64,000 bases of DNA, from contig NIVC01000280.1 in the NCBI GenBank assembly GCA_002269645.1, positions 372,001-436,000 of the forward strand, given 5' to 3'. This document shows, piece by piece, positions 59,861 to 64,000 of this stretch. The DNA comes from Macrostomum lignano (lineage: Eukaryota). The first letter of the stretch is position 1. The number at the start of each line of letters is the position of its first letter. Below the pieces are notes generated by a model, which had not been told where the DNA came from, searched no databases, and was given only the letters and a program-made list of their open reading frames with translations. The position numbers and the translations under genes are program-made.

Positions 59861-61582
59861 ATGTCCAGCAGTCGAGTGCGCAAAGCTTCCGAGTCACCCG
59901 TGGAGAACGGCATCGCCGTGTCGCCGGGTGTTCCCTGCTGCCTGCACGCCGAGCCGGACCCCAGCAAGCCGGGCCACGCGCTGAACGGCTGCCTGGACCC
60001 CGGCGATCTCATGATTGATCCCGACGAGCCAGGCGACGCTGTCAAGCTGGTCTGCTCCAACGCGCACTGCAGTCACAGTGAGTCAGTCAATCAGCAAGCA
60101 GCTCGGCTGTTTATTTAAAGTGCAAAGCAACTTAGCACCAAAAAATCGATTGACAAAGGTGAAAGTAGAGAAAACCGAAGTGATGAATTGTTCAAAACTG
60201 TGAAGCATTCTCTGGCTCCCTTTGGCAAGGATTATATTACGCTAAAAAGCCAGAAACTTACAAGCATGCATGTACTTAGTGAATTGCGCAAACACAGTAC
60301 AGATCCCCTGTGCTAAAATTGAAACGTTTCTAATTGTATTTTGTGTTTCTTAATGCCACCCATTTCAACAGACCAAGGACTACTCAAGGATTAATTGAGT
60401 AGTCCTTGCAATTAGTATTGACTTGAAAATTTCCACTCATCATTAGAGACTAATAATATGACGAGGCCGAGGGGATATAGTTACTCCCGCCGTTTACTTG
60501 TCGTGTCACAAACATGATCTCTCCCAACCAGGCCTGTGGGCCCATGCTGACTGTTTTGGCCGCTGGGAGCGCGTCCTGCTCAACGCCTCCAAACTGCGCG
60601 CCCTGGCACCATGGGAAAGATCCGGTGCCCCTGCGGCCGCGGCCAGGTCAGCCGGGACACCCGGCAGTCGCCGCCGCAGCTCATCGCCGCCGGGGTCCGC
60701 AAGCGCCAGACCAACGGCCTGGTGGCCGGCGGCTCCTCCTACAGCCCGACCGACATGATCAGCAGACGGTTCCGGCACCTCAGCAACTCGTCCAACCAGA
60801 GCGGCAACTTCAGCCTGAGCCCGCCGCAGACCGACGGCAACGCGCCCGGCGCCCCGCTGCCCTTCTCCTCGCCTGTCTACACTGCCGCGGCCGCGGCTTC
60901 GGCCAGCGGCGGCGGCCACAGCCGGGGCAACATCTTCCAGAGGCGCAGCGACAACTACGACAGTCTGAAGGCGCTGCCCCGCTGGAAGCAGAACAAGTTC
61001 CACATTGTCACCGAGGACGACAGCTCAACAGAGAATGACGAGCTCAAGTCTCTGGTGCTCACCACCCTGACTGCCTGCCGCTGCCCGACCGTCGCCTGCG
61101 TCCTCTGCTCCCGCCAGATGCCCGTCTACGACCACTTCCCCCTGGTGGACGGCACCTTCTTCCTCAGCCCGCTGCGCCACAACAAGGACAGCCCAGCCTG
61201 CGGCAAAGGCTACCTGCACGCTGTCTGCATGCACTGCGCCTGCGTGTCCACCCTGCACAGCCGCTGCCGGTTCTGCCAGCGAGTCTGGGACGGCTCCCAC
61301 CTGCTGATTGGCGGTGTCTACCTGTTTGATGTGTTCGCCTGCTGCCCGTGCTGCCCGGACCGCCTGATGTGCGCCCACTGCCGCCGGCCAGCCGTGAAGG
61401 ACTCCGCCGAGCTGCCCAGCGCCTTCTCCCACTTCAGCCAGGCGGCCGCGTGCGCCCACTGCCGGGCGCAGGACTTCCACTTTGTCAAGCCGGCCGGCCA
61501 TATCTTCAGGCAGGTTGGCGCCGCAGCCGCCGCCACCGCCGCCGCTACGACAGGCAGCGGAGCGGCGGCGGCGTCCTTCTAG
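59861..61582 (+). CDS. HECA: Headcase protein homolog; reading frame broken near 60612-60619
   Basis: Exon 59861-60077 (KLVCSNAHC), exon from 60532 (LWAHADCFGRWE), then shifted frame (RCPCGRG, GNIFQRRSDNY, NKFHI, VYDHFPLVDGTFFLSP, HAVCMHC, WDGSHLLIGGVYLFDVFACCPCC, HFVKP). Confidence 0.85.
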
Positions 61583-61807
61583 GCCGAAGTCCGAGATGGT
61601 CTCTTGTAGCTGCAAAAGATTTCCCCAGTTTTATTTCTTTGATTTTATTAGATTAATTATTAATTACCGACATGTTGTTAAACTGATATCGCAGTCTCTC
61701 GTGCTGAGATATCATCCACTGATCTCTGATATTGGAATGTCATCTGTAGATGCTTGCTTAAATCCTTTCCTTCGATACTGAGATTGCCTGTATACTTCAC
61801 CCTCTAA

Positions 61808-62606
61808 AACTGAGATCCCATCTTATGATAACTGAGATCCCATCTTTTGATAACTGAGATCCCATCTTTTGATAACTGAGATCCCATCTTTTGATAACTG
61901 AGATCCCATCTTATGATAACTGAGATCCCATCTTTTGATAACTGAGATCCCATCTTTTGATAACTGAGATCCCATCTTTTGATAACTGAGATCCCATCTT
62001 ATGATAACTGAGATCCCATCTTTTGATAACTGAGATCCCATCTTATGATAACTGAGATCCCATCTTTTGATAACTGAGATCCCATCTTTTGATAACTGAG
62101 ATCCCATCTTTTGATAACTGAGATCCCATCTTTTGATAACTGAGATCCCATCTTTTGATAACTGAGATCCCATCTTATGATAACTGAGATCCCATCTTTT
62201 GATAACTGAGATCCCATCTTTTGATAACTGAGATCCCATCTTTTGATAACTGAGATCCCATCTTTTGATAACTGAGATCCCATCTTTTGATAACTGAGAT
62301 CCCATCTTTTGATAACTGAGATCCCATCTTTTGATAACTGAGATCCCATCTTTTGATAACTGAGATCCCATCTTATGATAACTGAGATCCCATCTTTTGA
62401 TAACTGAGATCCCATATTTTGAAACTGAGATCCCATCTTTTGATAACTGAGATCCCATCTTATGATAACTGAGATCCCATCTTTTGATAACTGAGATCCC
62501 ATCTTTTGAAAACTGAGATCCCATATTTTGATAACTTAGATCCCATCTTATGATAACCGAGATCCCATCTTTTGATAACCGAGATCCCATCTTTTGATAA
62601 CTGAGA
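61808..62606. repeat. 22-bp minisatellite (GATAACTGAGATCCCATCTTTT)n
   Basis: Direct. Confidence 0.97.
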
Positions 62607-63281
62607 CACAGCTGACCTCATGGACAGCCCAACCAGGTGATCATCAGTAGAGGTCCGAAGGATTGCTTTGGTTAAGTTTGGTTAAGGTCGGATTTGTGTT
62701 TTAAAAGCAAATTTCTTTACAATTACAGTCCTCAACCAAATATTTCATGCACCTTTTAAGCCTGCATAGATTCTGCCAGACTCTGTTCTCTCTGTGTGTA
62801 AATCTTTGTCTTTTACTTTGTTCCTTGTTCAGAATTGCGATACATTACATGCGTAGATTGTCTGTACCAGTCTCAGCCACCCTAAACCAGATTTTATCAT
62901 TAAATTTAAACCAACTTATTTGACTATTTGCAATCGATTATGAATATTAATTTTTTTTATAAGCGCATGCTCCTCTGTACACATCGATCTGCTATCAATA
63001 TATCCATATATTTATTTATGACTGCGTGTGTAGTTTGTGTCATTCATCAGTTTTAGCGGTGTCTCACTGATAATCCATACAAGGTACACCTGTCACACCC
63101 ATATTAGCCGCATTCAATGCACCTGCGTTATCACCCACCCCTTCTACCTTGATTTGTACTGTTTGCCTCTGTTGAAACTTACTGTAGGGTCGCGAACTGA
63201 GCTTTTGACCTAATTTGTTTGTTAGACTGTTGTTGCGTGTCTTTTAATTTGCTGATGTTGTGGGGCCCCTCCTTGCATGTC

Positions 63282-63735
63282 ATCTGTCTCCCTTGCATGA
63301 CAGTCTCTCTCCCCTCATCTTCTCACCTGTCAGCTGTCTCTCCTTGCATGACAGTCTCTCTCCCCTCATCTTCTCACCTGTCAGCTGTCTCTCCTTGCAT
63401 GACAGTCTCTCTCCCCTCATCTTCTCACCTGTCAGCTGTCTCTCCTTGCATGACCGTCTCTCTCCCCTCATCTTCTCACCTGTCACCTGTCGCTCCTTGC
63501 ATGCCCGTCTCTCTCCCCTCATCTTCTCACCTGTCACCTGTCTCTCCTTGCATGACCGTCTCTCTCCCCTCATCTTCTCACCTGTCATGTCTCTCCTAGC
63601 ATGTCCATCTTCTCACCTGTCCCCTGTCTCTCCTTGCATGACCGTCTCTCTCCCCTCATCTTCTCACCTGTCACCTGTCTCTCCTAGCATGTCCGTCTCT
63701 CTCCCCTCATCTTCTCACCTGTCACCTGTCTCTTC
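63282..63735. repeat. 51-bp pyrimidine-rich minisatellite
   Basis: Direct; units at 63301 and 63352. Confidence 0.92.
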
Positions 63736-64000
63736 TGTCTTTCTCCACTCTGACCTGTCAGCCTTCTCAGTCCCATCATATCAGTCTCACGTCTCTCCAG
63801 CGTCTCGCTCCTTTCTTCTCGTCCGTCTCATGAATGCAGACAGTACAAACCCATGCATCAGCTAGTTATTTTTTGCGTCAAATTTCCCAGTTCTCACAGT
63901 CACTGAGAGACCAAATCCTACATGCCTATAAGTTTGAGCAAGCCAACAGCACTTACAGCAGTTCCTTTGGTCACAAACCCCATCACAGCAAGCCATTGTG

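Noticed and set aside
60612-60619. Programmed -1 frameshift at GGGAAAG in headcase
   Set aside because: The heptamer is phased GGA AAG in the destination frame, not the incoming frame, so it does not fit X XXY YYZ
61580-61610. Stop-codon readthrough as in Drosophila headcase
   Set aside because: A second TAG follows after 8 codons; no extended frame
61823-63865. ORFs over the 22-bp and 51-bp arrays
   Set aside because: Stop-free repeat units; no unique coding flanks

Overview
Eukaryotic, intron-containing genomic DNA. GC-rich exons, minisatellite-filled introns and splice acceptors just upstream of start codons suggest a flatworm of the Macrostomum type (inference only). Manually spliced gene models: LIM-only paxillin-like (+), calumenin/reticulocalbin with HDEL (-), orphan single-pass membrane protein (-), CRYL1 with a GC-AG intron (-), divergent MDH2-like (+), uncharacterised two-exon gene (-), five-exon type I membrane protein (+), METTL24-like (+), a 1081-aa PI3K p85-like subunit with extra C1/SAM domains (+), and a headcase/HECA homolog with a frame break (+). 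Mobile DNA: an intact RTE-like LINE (APE+RT), a tRNA-derived SINE, a 480-bp MITE and a 1.5-kb hAT-type element (both with 8-bp TSDs), and a possible LTR fragment. About 15 unrelated minisatellite arrays explain most long ORFs in the track. Best leads: an HDV-like ribozyme core overlapping the LINE start codon, an MDH paralog lacking catalytic residues, a p85 with a probably non-binding C-terminal SH2, and a sharply bounded CpG-depleted island.
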